In this document: in pieces, positions 20,441 through 30,790 of the stretch
Layout of the letters: the number at the start of each line of letters is the position of its first letter
Position numbering within the stretch: position 1 is the first letter of the stretch
Assembly (NCBI GenBank): GCA_964019725.1
Contig: OZ026467.1
Location: 1,606,794-1,638,793, forward strand
DNA: 32,000 nucleotides
DNA from: Spiroplasma endosymbiont of Antitype chi
GTDB lineage: Bacteria; Bacillota_I; Bacilli_A; Mycoplasmatales; Mycoplasmataceae
Direction of reading: 5' to 3'
Made by a program: the position numbers and the translations under genes
Notes under the pieces: model-generated
Databases searched by the model: none
Seen by the model: the letters and a program-made list of their open reading frames with translations, nothing else
Told to the model about the DNA's origin: nothing

Positions 20441-21831
20441 TTAATCAACTAAATGATAAAACAAAATTGCTAATTGAAAGTTTTTTTGATTATCTTGCTC
20501 AAATGAAAAATCATAAATAATATCATAATCATTTAACAATTTATATTTTTTTATAAATTGTGGATGTTCAATTATTATAGAATTAATTTTTTCTATAATT
20601 GATGATATATTTTTATCTTTTACAAAAATAATCAATGCTGATTTTGTATCTCTTCATGTTAAATAACTTTGCAATTGATTAATAGCAGAAAATAATTGTT
20701 TTTTTTCCATGTCAAATTTTACATTCAGCTATAAATATATTTTCATTATTATATTTTAGTAATATATCTGTTTTTCCATTTCTATTAAATGCTTCAGCCA
20801 TTACAGATACTTTAAAATTTAAAGAAAGTATTAATAAAATATAATCTCTAATTGTTTCTTCATTTTTATTACGATAAATATTTGGGTATTCTTCCATTCT
20901 TTTTCCAAACTCATAAATTACACTTAATATTTATAAATAAATATCTTCAGAAATTATTGGATCTAAATTAAAGTCATTTTTAATTTCTGGTAATTTAATT
21001 GATATTTTTTCTTTTTTCTTTATTAGAGATACTGAAAATGTATTATTATCTTTATCTTCTATTTTTCTTAATGGAACAATTAAATTTTTTAAAGAATTTG
21101 TTATTGTTTTTTCTTTTTCTTTTTTGTTATTAAAAATATTTTTAATATAAGGTTTTAAATTATTATTGTATGAATCAACTTCTTTTTTTATATTGTCTAT
21201 ATAATATTTTAAATAATATTTTATTTTATTAATTTTATCATTAGAATAATTTGCATTATTTTCTTTTCATTCAACAACGAAAGAAATTTCATTATTACTT
21301 ATTTGAATTTCATATTTTGAACTTGTTTGAGAACTAGGATATGTTTTAAATAATTCTGAATCACCTTCATATGGTATACTAATTTTTACCATTGTCGCAA
21401 TATATTCATGTGTACTTGAATTTGAAATTACATTAAACGGAATAGGAATTATTTTTTTCTCTTTGTAATCTTGTGAAGATCAATTATTAAAAAATAAATT
21501 AATTGGTTCTATTTCATATCTTTTAAATAAATATTCAATAATATTATTTTCATCAACATTTAAAATATAATTATCTTCGTAATTATTAATTTCATTTCTA
21601 ATATTTTCATATAAATTATTAAAAAGATCATGTAAAAATATATTTTTAAATGGTATTATTTTATTTTTTCCCCTCAAATTTATCAATTATATTATATAAC
21701 ATTTGCTCAGTTTCCTTAGAAAAATTGCCTTTTATATGTAATTTACATATTATGTTTTTTAAATTATCAAAATCAGAATTAATTATATACTCCATTATTT
21801 TATCTGACATTTGTATATTTATTTTTTTCAT
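20441..21831 (-). pseudogene. ~460-codon protein with a C-terminal PD-(D/E)xK (RecB/Cas4/Shedu-like) nuclease domain, disrupted
   Basis: SD AGGAG and ATG 21829-21831. Track ORFs 21480-21686, 20712-20897 and 20441-20635 belong to it. Motif GKTDILL-x9-IAECKIW followed by QLQSY. Lesions: frame change at T6 21664-21669, TAA 20931-20933, and a frame change at T9 20698-20706. Confidence 0.55.
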
Positions 21832-21886
21832 TTTATTTTTCTCCTATATTTTTTTAACAATTATATTAATTCCTAAATTGTTTTTT

Positions 21887-22354
21887 TTATTTTTTATCAT
21901 ATTTGTTGTATCCTAAATAAAAACCATTATCTCAATAATTAGGATTATCAATATTTTCTAAATCTTTTAGTAATTGTTTTAATTCTTCTGATGTTAATTT
22001 TCTTTGCTGAATTTTAGTATTTTCATAATGACTATTATATTCATTTAGTAAATCACTATTATCATCATTTTTGTTTTGCGAATTAAACTGCTTTTTGTTT
22101 TCTTGTTTTAATTTTTCAAAAGATAAAATTAAATTTTTTCCCACAATATTACCATTTTTATTATCGATAATACTATGAACCATATATTTTTTATTTTCAT
22201 CAATTTTTAAACTAAAATAATTTTTATAACTTGATAAACCTAAGTAATTTTTATTTCAAACAACACAATCTTTTTTCTTATTTATTAAGATATAAATCAT
22301 ATTATTTTTTTCTTGCGAAATTAAATTTTGATTTAGATAAATTTTTTTTATCAT
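21887..22354 (-). CDS. hypothetical protein, 155 aa, intact
   Basis: SD GTGAGG and ATG 22352-22354. Open in code 4 to TAA 21887-21889 (checked). Contains track ORF 21932-22183. Confidence 0.65.
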
Positions 22355-22541
22355 ATTTAATTACCTCACTTTATTTTTTTATATTTTTAGCATTTATAAA
22401 ATTTATTAAGCGTTAATAATTCTGAATTTGAAATTGCAAACTCTTGCTTATATCTAATACAATCAATAATTATTTTTCCATTAAACTTTGTTTTAAGTTT
22501 TGAATAATTTTTTTTTATTATAATAATTACCTTTCTTTTTT

Positions 22542-22793
22542 CTAATATTTTATATTTGACAAATTATTATTTTTTTCTTCTTTACTTGGTAATTAACTAT
22601 CTTTTTTAAGATTATTTTTATTTCAATTTCATATTTTTGAAATTTTATTTTCTAATTCATGGGTAATTAATCAATGTTCTTCACATAATATTATTTATTT
22701 TTTATAGTTTAAATTTAATGCTAATTTGCCATTATCATTAATTATAAAAGATTTGCGAGAATAACCATTATTTTTACAAACATTACAAATCAT
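22542..22793 (-). pseudogene. small zinc-ribbon protein, two in-frame TAA
   Basis: ATG 22791-22793 (TAATG overlap). MICNVCKNNG start. TAA at 22695-22697 and 22593-22595. Stop TAG 22542-22544. Confidence 0.45.
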
Positions 22794-23128
22794 TATTTTA
22801 CATCCTTACTAGGTAATTTGTAATATAATGAATTATCTTTTAATTCTCAAGTTGTGAAACTTGTATGACCTTTGGAACTAAAACTGGTATTTGCTATTTT
22901 CTTAAAATATTCTTTATATAATTTTGGTTGATTATATTCTCTACTTTTAGTTGAATAAGTAATTTCTCTATTTGCTGTTAATAGCAAATCAATTTTTCTA
23001 TCTTTTTCAGCAAGTTCATTTTCATATTTATTTATTAAATCTTCTAATGTTTTTAATGATAAAGCACTATTACATAATTTAATTTCTTGTTTTATTTTTA
23101 CAATTAATTCTTTAACTGTTTCTGTCAT
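22793..23128 (-). CDS. hypothetical coiled-coil protein (~111 aa) with C-terminal LKDNSLYYKLPSK tail
   Basis: Track ORF 22847-23206 continues across TGA to TAA 22793-22795. The likely ATG is at 23126-23128. Confidence 0.55.
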
Positions 23129-23190
23129 TTTTATTATCCATTTTAATAAAATTATCTTTTGTTTGCATATCAGCAAACTGTTTTGTTGTT

Positions 23191-23316
23191 TTAAATACCA
23201 TAACAATTAACTCCATTTTCGCAACCTATGCAACATACAACTATTCCACCACATCAACAATTTCAATAACCTTCGCCACATTCAATATAAATATCATATT
23301 TACTATTGCCAGCCAT
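23191..23316 (-). CDS. 41-aa Cys-rich peptide (7 Cys)
   Basis: ATG 23314-23316 (TAATG overlap, SD GGAG upstream). Sequence MAGNSKYDIYIECGEGYWNCWCGGIVVCCIGCENGVNCYGI. Stop TAA 23191-23193. Confidence 0.5.
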
Positions 23317-23666
23317 TATTTTTCTCCTTTACTTTCTAACTTACTTGGTAATTTGTCATATTTTGAATTATCTTTTAAATTAATTATTCTTTTTCATCCA
23401 CAAGTTCGACACTTATTGTCAAAAGGAAATTCTTCATCTCTACAATTAATACAATATTTATGTACTATAAAATCTTCTTTAAACAATTGCTGTTGTTCAG
23501 TTTCAAATTTATACTGGGCAATTTCAAATTCTTTATCGTGTTTAAATTGTTCATACATTCTTTTTAATTGTTCTTTATGTTCTTTATCTTTTTCAGCAAA
23601 TTCTTTTTTAAGTTTTTCATTTTCTTCTTGTAGTTTGTTAAATTTAATTGATTCTGTTATATTCAT
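23316..23666 (-). CDS. coiled-coil plus zinc-ribbon protein (116 aa) with C-terminal LKDNSKYDKLPSK tail
   Basis: Track ORF 23394-23666 continues across TGA to TAA 23316-23318. Zinc-ribbon motif CINC...CRTC. Confidence 0.6.
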
Positions 23667-23667
23667 T

Positions 23668-23892
23668 TTAAATTTCCTCCAATTTTTTTTCCATAATTAA
23701 AGTATCAATATATTCATAAGCATTTTCTTCTGAATGACATTCTTCTAATGCTTCATTAAATAAGTCTTCATCTGTATAAACTTTGCATTATTCATCTTTT
23801 CACATATTATTCACATCCTTTTTACAAAATAAACAATAATCAGAATTAATTTGATTAACAGCACACTGACACTTTTTACAATATTTTGCCAT
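23668..23892 (-). pseudogene. small zinc-ribbon protein, one in-frame TAA
   Basis: ATG 23890-23892. CKKC...CLFC motif. TAA at 23788-23790. The frame continues to TAA 23668-23670. Confidence 0.45.
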
Positions 23893-24025
23893 TATTAACT
23901 AGATCTCAATTTGTAGCAATAATTTCACTACCAGTAACTATATAAATCAATTCTTTTTCTAAACATTTACCGCATTTTTTAGTATATTTTGTTTCATTTA
24001 TTTTACATTTAACACATTTTTTCAT
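23876..24025 (-). CDS. small zinc-ribbon protein, 49 aa
   Basis: ATG 24023-24025. CVKC...CGKC motif. Open in code 4 to TAA 23876-23878. Confidence 0.5.
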
Positions 24026-24026
24026 A

Positions 24027-24191
24027 TTATTCACATCCTTGTCATTTAATATTTTCATTATCTAAATCAATAATTGTTGTTTTACAATAACTTAAATTTT
24101 GAGAATGTGCTTTCGCTTCATCAAATGTATAAAAATATGTAGTATTTAGGCTGTATTTATCTTTTGTTACTAATAAATATATTTTATTCAT
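24027..24191 (-). CDS. hypothetical protein, 54 aa
   Basis: ATG 24189-24191 overlaps the upstream stop. Open in code 4 to TAA 24027-24029. Confidence 0.45.
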
Positions 24192-24580
24192 AATTTATCA
24201 CCTCATAATCTGCTTCTTCATCTTCTAAATAATCACTAATGAAACCTTTAACTTCATCAATTTCATATCATTTGCAATTTAAGTCAAAATTTGTTGGCAA
24301 TGAAATATTACCTACATGTTGTTCTTCATTGCTAAATTTAAGATATAAATTTAATTCAAAATTATCTGAATAACCACGATTAATTTGTGCATAAATAATA
24401 TCTTTATTTGTAATTTTTAATGCTTTATTATTAATTCATTTTTCATTTAAATAATTAATTCTTTTTAGTATTTAATGCTCAATGCTCATCATTTATTTCA
24501 TCTGATGATACTGGGTAACTTCTAAGCATTATTTTATTTAATTTATTAACTATGTATTTATTTAATTTTTTCTTTTTCAT
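24184..24580 (-). pseudogene. hypothetical protein, frameshifted by a 7-bp tandem duplication
   Basis: SD AGAGGA and ATG 24578-24580. The sequence aatgctc is duplicated in tandem at 24474-24487. The C-terminal 91 codons are in another frame and end at TAA 24184-24186. Confidence 0.4.
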
Positions 24581-24645
24581 ATATCCTCTATTAATTAACA
24601 AAATTAAAAAACTTTTAATTTTATTTTTTATATTTACTTTTAGAA

Positions 24646-24984
24646 TTATTTTTTATTTATTATGTACTCACCAGTTTCTAAATTAATTTCAGCGTTATCG
24701 TTAAACGCTTTTTCACGCATATGTTCTTTGTTATGACATTCTAAACATAATAACTCTAAATTATTTATTGATAATAATATTTCTTTATTTCAATTAATAA
24801 AATCTTGATCTTTTATATATTTTTTATGATGAACTATTATTCCTTTATTTAAATAACCCTTATCTTTTTTGCATCTTTCACACATACCCATTTTTAAAGT
24901 GAAGTAATAATCCCTTACTTTTTTTCATTCAGTAGTATGATAAAATTTATTACGAATTGGACGAGTTTTATATTTATTATTCAT
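24646..24984 (-). CDS. HNH endonuclease, 112 aa, intact
   Basis: ATG 24982-24984. CERC...HHKKY...N...LCLECHNKEH is an HNH motif. Open in code 4 to TAA 24646-24648. Confidence 0.8.
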
Positions 24985-24993
24985 TAAAAATTA

Positions 24994-25827
<834 letters not shown>

Positions 25828-25828
25828 T

Positions 25829-26651
25829 TTAAATCTCCTCTTTAAAATTTGCACTATTTTTAAAAAATAGTGCTTTTGCATCTTGTCATTCTAAATTTAA
25901 TTTAGTTGTTATTTTAAAATTAATTCTTTCAATTCCATTTTCATTTATAATTTAAATTTCGCCTTTATCAGCAACATTAATACCATTGGCTTTTAATAAA
26001 TGTGCATATCCCGTAATTTGTAATTGTGCCATTTTAATTTTTTTAAGTTCAACATTTTTTCAAGTTTTAAAATCAACAACAATAGCATTATTATTTTCCA
26101 TATAAACCAAATCGGGTGTACCACAAATTAATCCATCTGAAATTGGTTGTTCTATTATTGCTATAATTTTTTTAAATTCTTTTTCAATTTTTTTAATAAA
26201 ATTATTAAACTTTTTTATTAATGGAAATAATTCTTTAATTTCATTATATTCAACATTTAATAATTCTAATATTTGATTGATATTGTTTCGTGAGTTTTCA
26301 TTTTTAACACAATCGTATAATATTCTTGATGCAAATTCATGAATAATATTTCCCCTAATTATTGCTTTATTAAAATATGCAGAACCTTTAATATCAGAAT
26401 AATTTGTATTAAAATAATTAGGTCGCATGTAAAAAATAAGGGTTTTTATTTTTAAATGTTATTTAGTTTAATATAAATTAAGGATATTTTTTTATTGTTT
26501 TTATAAAACCCTTATTTTTTACATGCGACCAATAATTATTAACTATGAGTGTAACACTTGGCAAAAATTTATTATTAAATTTATATCTATGTTCATCTTT
26601 TCAAAATTAAGCTTCATATTTTAAATTAATATTTTTATCAATAAATTTCAT
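25829..26651 (-). pseudogene. Cas4/RecB-like PD-(D/E)xK exonuclease, split by a MITE and two TAA
   Basis: ATG 26649-26651. N-terminal motif HRYKFNNKFLPSVT. GTPDLVY...VVDFKT is a D...DxK motif (track ORF 26060-26428). TAA at 26607-26609 and 25952-25954. A 110-bp insertion occupies 26421-26530. Stop TAA 25829-25831. Confidence 0.65.
26421..26530. mobile_element. 110-bp MITE-like element with 26-bp perfect terminal inverted repeats and an 8-bp target-site duplication
   Basis: TIRs ggtcgcatgtaaaaaataagggtttt (26421-26446) and its reverse complement (26505-26530). It is flanked by aataatta at 26413-26420 and 26531-26538. In-silico excision restores ...SVTLIVNNYFNTNYSDIKG... in frame. Confidence 0.8.
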
Positions 26652-26806
26652 AAATAATTTAATAATGAAACTTTGTTTTATAATTAATTTCTAATCCATC
26701 AATTTTAGGATTTTCAATTTGCTGATTTTTTATTCAATTTAAAACATAGTCTGTATCAAGTTCTTTTTTAATAAATTTATTAGGAACTTTATCAATGTCA
26801 ATTATT

Positions 26807-27319
26807 TTAATATCATATTCTTTTTTTTTGCTTTAATCCTCTAATTTTTAATTCGTTTTCACTAATTAATTGATCAATAATTCCAACATTATTAGTTAAA
26901 TTATTATTTTCTAAAATTAGTTGTTGCTGTTTTTCATACCAATAAACTTGTTTTTGTAAAATTTCATCTGTTAAATCTTTAAATTTATTACTAATTTCTT
27001 TTTCAAATAATAATAAAATTCTTCTTACTTGATTTAAAATAGTTTTTGATGAAGAAAGTGGATTTAAGTATTTTTTTTCTTCCATTTTTAAAATATACTT
27101 TAATTCGCTACCATTATCTGCATCTTTTTTATTATTAATTGTGTAATTAATGATTTTATTTTGTAAAGAATTAAAATAATCAATATTATTTTTATCAGTT
27201 ATTTTTGATATAAAATCTTTCAAATAATTTAAAGAATCATTAAGTGAATTCCTTAATTTTATTTTTTCATCTTCAATATCATTTTTAGTTATTAATTCTT
27301 TTATAGTTGTTAATTCCAT
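26807..27319 (-). CDS. coiled-coil hypothetical protein (170 aa as read)
   Basis: Track ORF 26813-27319 plus two codons across TGA. A T9 tract at 26821-26829 sits 4 codons before the stop. One A fewer would extend the ORF by about 50 codons to TAA 26659-26661. Confidence 0.6.
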
Positions 27320-27324
27320 ATTTT

Positions 27325-27831
27325 TTAATTCTTCCTTTCGTTATTTACTATTATTATTTTTAATGTTATAAAATATAAAATTGGTAAACATATTGTATTT
27401 GTAATTAATATTCCGATAATTATTTGTTCTATACTTAAAACTCCAAGATTTAATCAAAAAAGAATAAAATCAATCGGAAGATAAATAATTATGTTTGATA
27501 ATAAAATAAGAATAATTTTAATAATATGATTTATTTTTATTCAATTAATTAGTTTAATTAAAATCGCCAATAAACCCGTACCAATATTTCAACATAATGA
27601 TCCCAAAGTAAAACCTCATAATGTTAAATCAGATAGAAAATGTCCCATAAATCCAATTAAGAAACACCAATATCAATTTAAAATAAATCCGCTTATAAAA
27701 ATGGGAATTAAAAATAATGGAATTGATGTTCTTGAAATAATTTGTATTCGCATTACTTGTGATAATACAATTATTATCGCAATTAAAACTGCCACATAAT
27801 TAATTTTTTTAATTAATTGAAAGTTATTCAT
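27325..27831 (-). CDS. multi-pass membrane protein, 168 aa (ECF-transporter S-component-like by size and topology)
   Basis: ATG 27829-27831. Open in code 4 (7 TGA) to TAA 27325-27327, checked codon by codon. It has 5-6 hydrophobic segments. Confidence 0.7.
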
Positions 27832-27964
27832 TAGACTTCTTGCGATACTAGAAAAAACGAAGAAAATTAAAAATTAAAAAAATTAAATTAAAATTTAAAA
27901 TAAGCATTTTTTAAAATTTTAATTTATTTTTGAGTACAAATAAGGGGGTATCGCAAGAAGTCTA
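27832..27964. repeat. 133-bp element bounded by a 17-bp perfect inverted repeat
   Basis: tagacttcttgcgatac (27832-27848) and gtatcgcaagaagtcta (27948-27964). It fills the whole gap between the methyltransferase stop and the membrane-protein ATG. Confidence 0.85.
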
Positions 27965-27968
27965 TTTT

Positions 27969-28709
27969 TTAAAAATTTAATTTAAGTTGCATTTTCTTTA
28001 ATCGCTTTTGTACCATTGCAAAGTAATTATTATTTATTTCACAACCTAGTCATTTTCGGTTTAATTGTTCACAAGCATGTACAGTTGTACCGCTTCCCAT
28101 AAAAGGATCTAAAATTAAATCATTTTCTTTGCTATGTTTTTTAATCAAATCGCCAAATATATTTAATGGTTTTTCTGTTGGATGTTCTGTTTTTTTATAA
28201 GATGAACCTATTGGATTTTTAAATATTGTTTTTTTATTTTCATAGTTTTTTATATAGTTTGGTATTGGATCTTTTTTAGAATAAATAATCATACAATATT
28301 CTTTATCTTGAAAAATAAAATTATTAGTTGGCATTGGATTTGTTTTTTCTCAAAAATAAAAATCAAAATTCATATTATTTTTATAAACTCAATCTAAATA
28401 ATCTTTAATTTGTCTTCTATTCATTCAAATTAACATAAATTTATTTTTTGAAATTCGGTAAAACTCATCTAAATAAGTATTTATATAAAATGAATTATGT
28501 AAATTATTATCATAAATAGCATTAATATATTTATTTATACTTTTTGATATTTCACTAGAATTTATTTGTTCTTTTTTCCTTGTTGGTAAATCGTATAAAT
28601 AAGGTGAATCAGTTAATAATAAATCAACGCTATCATTTTCTAATGTTTTTACAAAAGATAAAGCATCACCATTTATTAACTTACCTAAATTAGTCTTAAA
28701 TTCTTGCAT
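27969..28709 (-). CDS. beta-class N6-adenine/N4-cytosine DNA methyltransferase, 246 aa, orphan
   Basis: Track ORFs 28425-28709 and 28050-28334 are in one frame, joined by TGA (checked). Motif IV LLLTDSPY precedes motif I ILDPFMGSGTT. Stop TAA 27969-27971. No partner endonuclease is visible. Confidence 0.8.
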
Positions 28710-29670
28710 TAAATTATCATCCTATTTTTTGTATTTTATTAAACTAAAATTATTAAATATTTTTTTAGAATTATATTTTATAAATAATTTTAAGATATGT
28801 TTATCAAAAATATTTAATTTAATATATTTATATTGTTTGTTTATGATAGAGATTGAAATAAATATATTATTAATAATTTTTTATTTACTTTTAATCTAAT
28901 TTATTTATTAACAAGTATATTAATTTTGTTATTAACTAATTATTTATGAGAGAGTGAGAGAAATATTAATATTTTATTTTTTATCTCTTTATCTCTCTGT
29001 CTTTTAAATAAATATATTAAATATATAGTAAAAATAAATTTTTGCACATTTAAAATATGCAAAATAGCAAAAAATGGCACACCGAAAAATACTATTAAGT
29101 TTTCAAAGAACAGTTATTTTAGTTATTAAACAAAATATTAAATTAACTAAAATAATATAAAACTAGTGTGCCATTAAGTTTTTAAAAGTGTTTTGAAATA
29201 GTGGAGGGGCAATACCTTAATTTAATAAATATATTATTAAAATTAACTGAAACAAGGAAGTGAAAATGCTTAGAGCTAATTAAAAAGATATTGCCTTTTC
29301 ACTATTTAAAATATTTATTGTTAAAAACAAAAAATATCACTTTTTTGTAAGTGATATTGCTTTTACATTAATTTCTAATTTTTATATTTTTACCCTACTT
29401 TTATTTATACGACCCAAATTTATTAGATATTAAAAATAATAAATATTATTTAGAAGAATATTTCCCATATAGAAAAGATAGTTGTATAATTAATCTTAAT
29501 AAATATAAATTAGATGTTAAAAAAAGAAAAATAGAAATAGGCACATTTGATATTAAAGATGCTATTAATTTCTTACAAGAATATAAAAATGAAATAAAAA
29601 AAGAAAAGGATTAAATTCCTTTTTCCTTTTTCTTATCTATTATCATTAGTTCTACATAATTTTATTTATT

Positions 29671-29859
29671 TTAAGAAGCAAGAATTATACGGGCAAATAT
29701 TTTTTCTTGGTCTTCAATATTATCAAAAGTAGCTAATATATTTTCATCTTTTGTTTTTAAATCAATAAGTTTAATCAAAAAATTATCTTTTTCAGATATT
29801 TTTTTAATTTCAAAATTATTATCTATAAATAAAGATGAATTTCCTTTATTAAAAATCAT
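29671..29859 (-). CDS. hypothetical protein, 62 aa
   Basis: Intact track ORF with SD AAAGGGGTG upstream. Confidence 0.6.
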   Translation of the reverse strand: MIFNKGNSSLFIDNNFEIKKISEKDNFLIKLIDLKTKDENILATFDNIEDQEKIFARIILAS

Positions 29860-30140
29860 TTTTTCACCCCTTTGATTAAATTAATAAAGAAGTAAAAAAC
29901 ATCATTCATTCTTACTTGAAATAATTATTTATTTATATATAATATAAAGCAAGAATGATGTCGGGTCATTCTCTTTTTTATTTAATTAAATTAATAATAT
30001 CATACTATTTTACCAATACAATACTTTATGGTATACAAAAAAAACTAAACTTAATAATTTTGTTGCTAATTTAGACCTTAAAAAGCATAATAGGGGCTAT
30101 TTAACAATATAAAATTTATAAATAATTTCTAATTTTGCTT

Positions 30141-30153
30141 ATATATATATATA
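30141..30153. repeat. (AT)6.5 microsatellite upstream of the secreted-protein gene
   Basis: An alternating AT run between TTGCTT (30135-30140) and TATAAT (30150-30155). Confidence 0.85.
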
Positions 30154-30208
30154 ATCAAAGTAAATCTTGATAAAAAGTTTCAAGATTAAGAAAAGAAGAA
30201 AAACAAGT

Positions 30209-30703
30209 ATGAAAAAAATACTAAGTTTATTAAGTGTATTAATAATTGGTGGAACTTCTGTACCAACAAAAATTTCCGCTAGTCCTTATCAAAAAGAAGA
30301 AATTAAATTAGAAAAAATTGAAATTAATTCACAAAAAAATAATTTAGGAAATTTAAATAGAATTAAAAGACAACAAAGAAAAATTAATATTTCATTAACA
30401 AATAATTGAAATAGGAGTTTAGGTACTATTTTTTATGATGATGAAAGTAATATTAGTTATGGTTTTGTTGTTAACAACCTTCACAATATAAATAATTTAA
30501 GTCAACAACAACAATTTGATTTTAATAATTATATGGGGATTGGAAATATAAATCGAAGAGCATGAATGGCTACTATATATTTTTTACCAAATAATTCTTT
30601 TGAGGGTACATTAACTGTTATGTGGAATAGATCCGGTCTTGGAACTAACTCATTAACATTAACGGGGCCCGATTATTATAGTGATGGACATATTGATTTA
30701 TAA
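30209..30703 (+). CDS. secreted protein with signal peptide (164 aa)
   Basis: ATG 30209. MKKILSLLSVLIIGGTSVPTKISA signal peptide, with no lipobox Cys. Open in code 4 to TAA 30701-30703. It extends track ORF 30167-30409. Confidence 0.7.
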
Positions 30704-30721
30704 TAATTTTAATAATTATTT

Positions 30722-30756
30722 ATGGAAATAAATTTTATTTTTATTTCCATTTTTTA
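30722..30756 (+). terminator. rho-independent terminator
   Basis: 11-bp stem atggaaataaa/tttatttccat (30722-30732 / 30740-30750) followed by a T-run. Confidence 0.7.
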
Positions 30757-30790
30757 TTAAATTAAAAAAATATATGAGATGAGTTAAATA

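Noticed and set aside
27832-27964. Riboswitch (for example preQ1, THF or TPP) in front of the ECF-S-like membrane protein
   Set aside because: Apart from the 17-bp outer stem, the 99-nt core is almost pure A/T with no recognisable conserved riboswitch core. The only feature is cccccuua next to one arm.
29926-29980. Tiny promoter-plus-terminator unit (TTGAAA, 16 nt, TATAAT, then hairpin agaatgat/tcattct with a T-run)
   Set aside because: The predicted transcript would be only ~30 nt, essentially just the hairpin. It is more likely the upstream control/terminator region of neighbouring genes than a gene.
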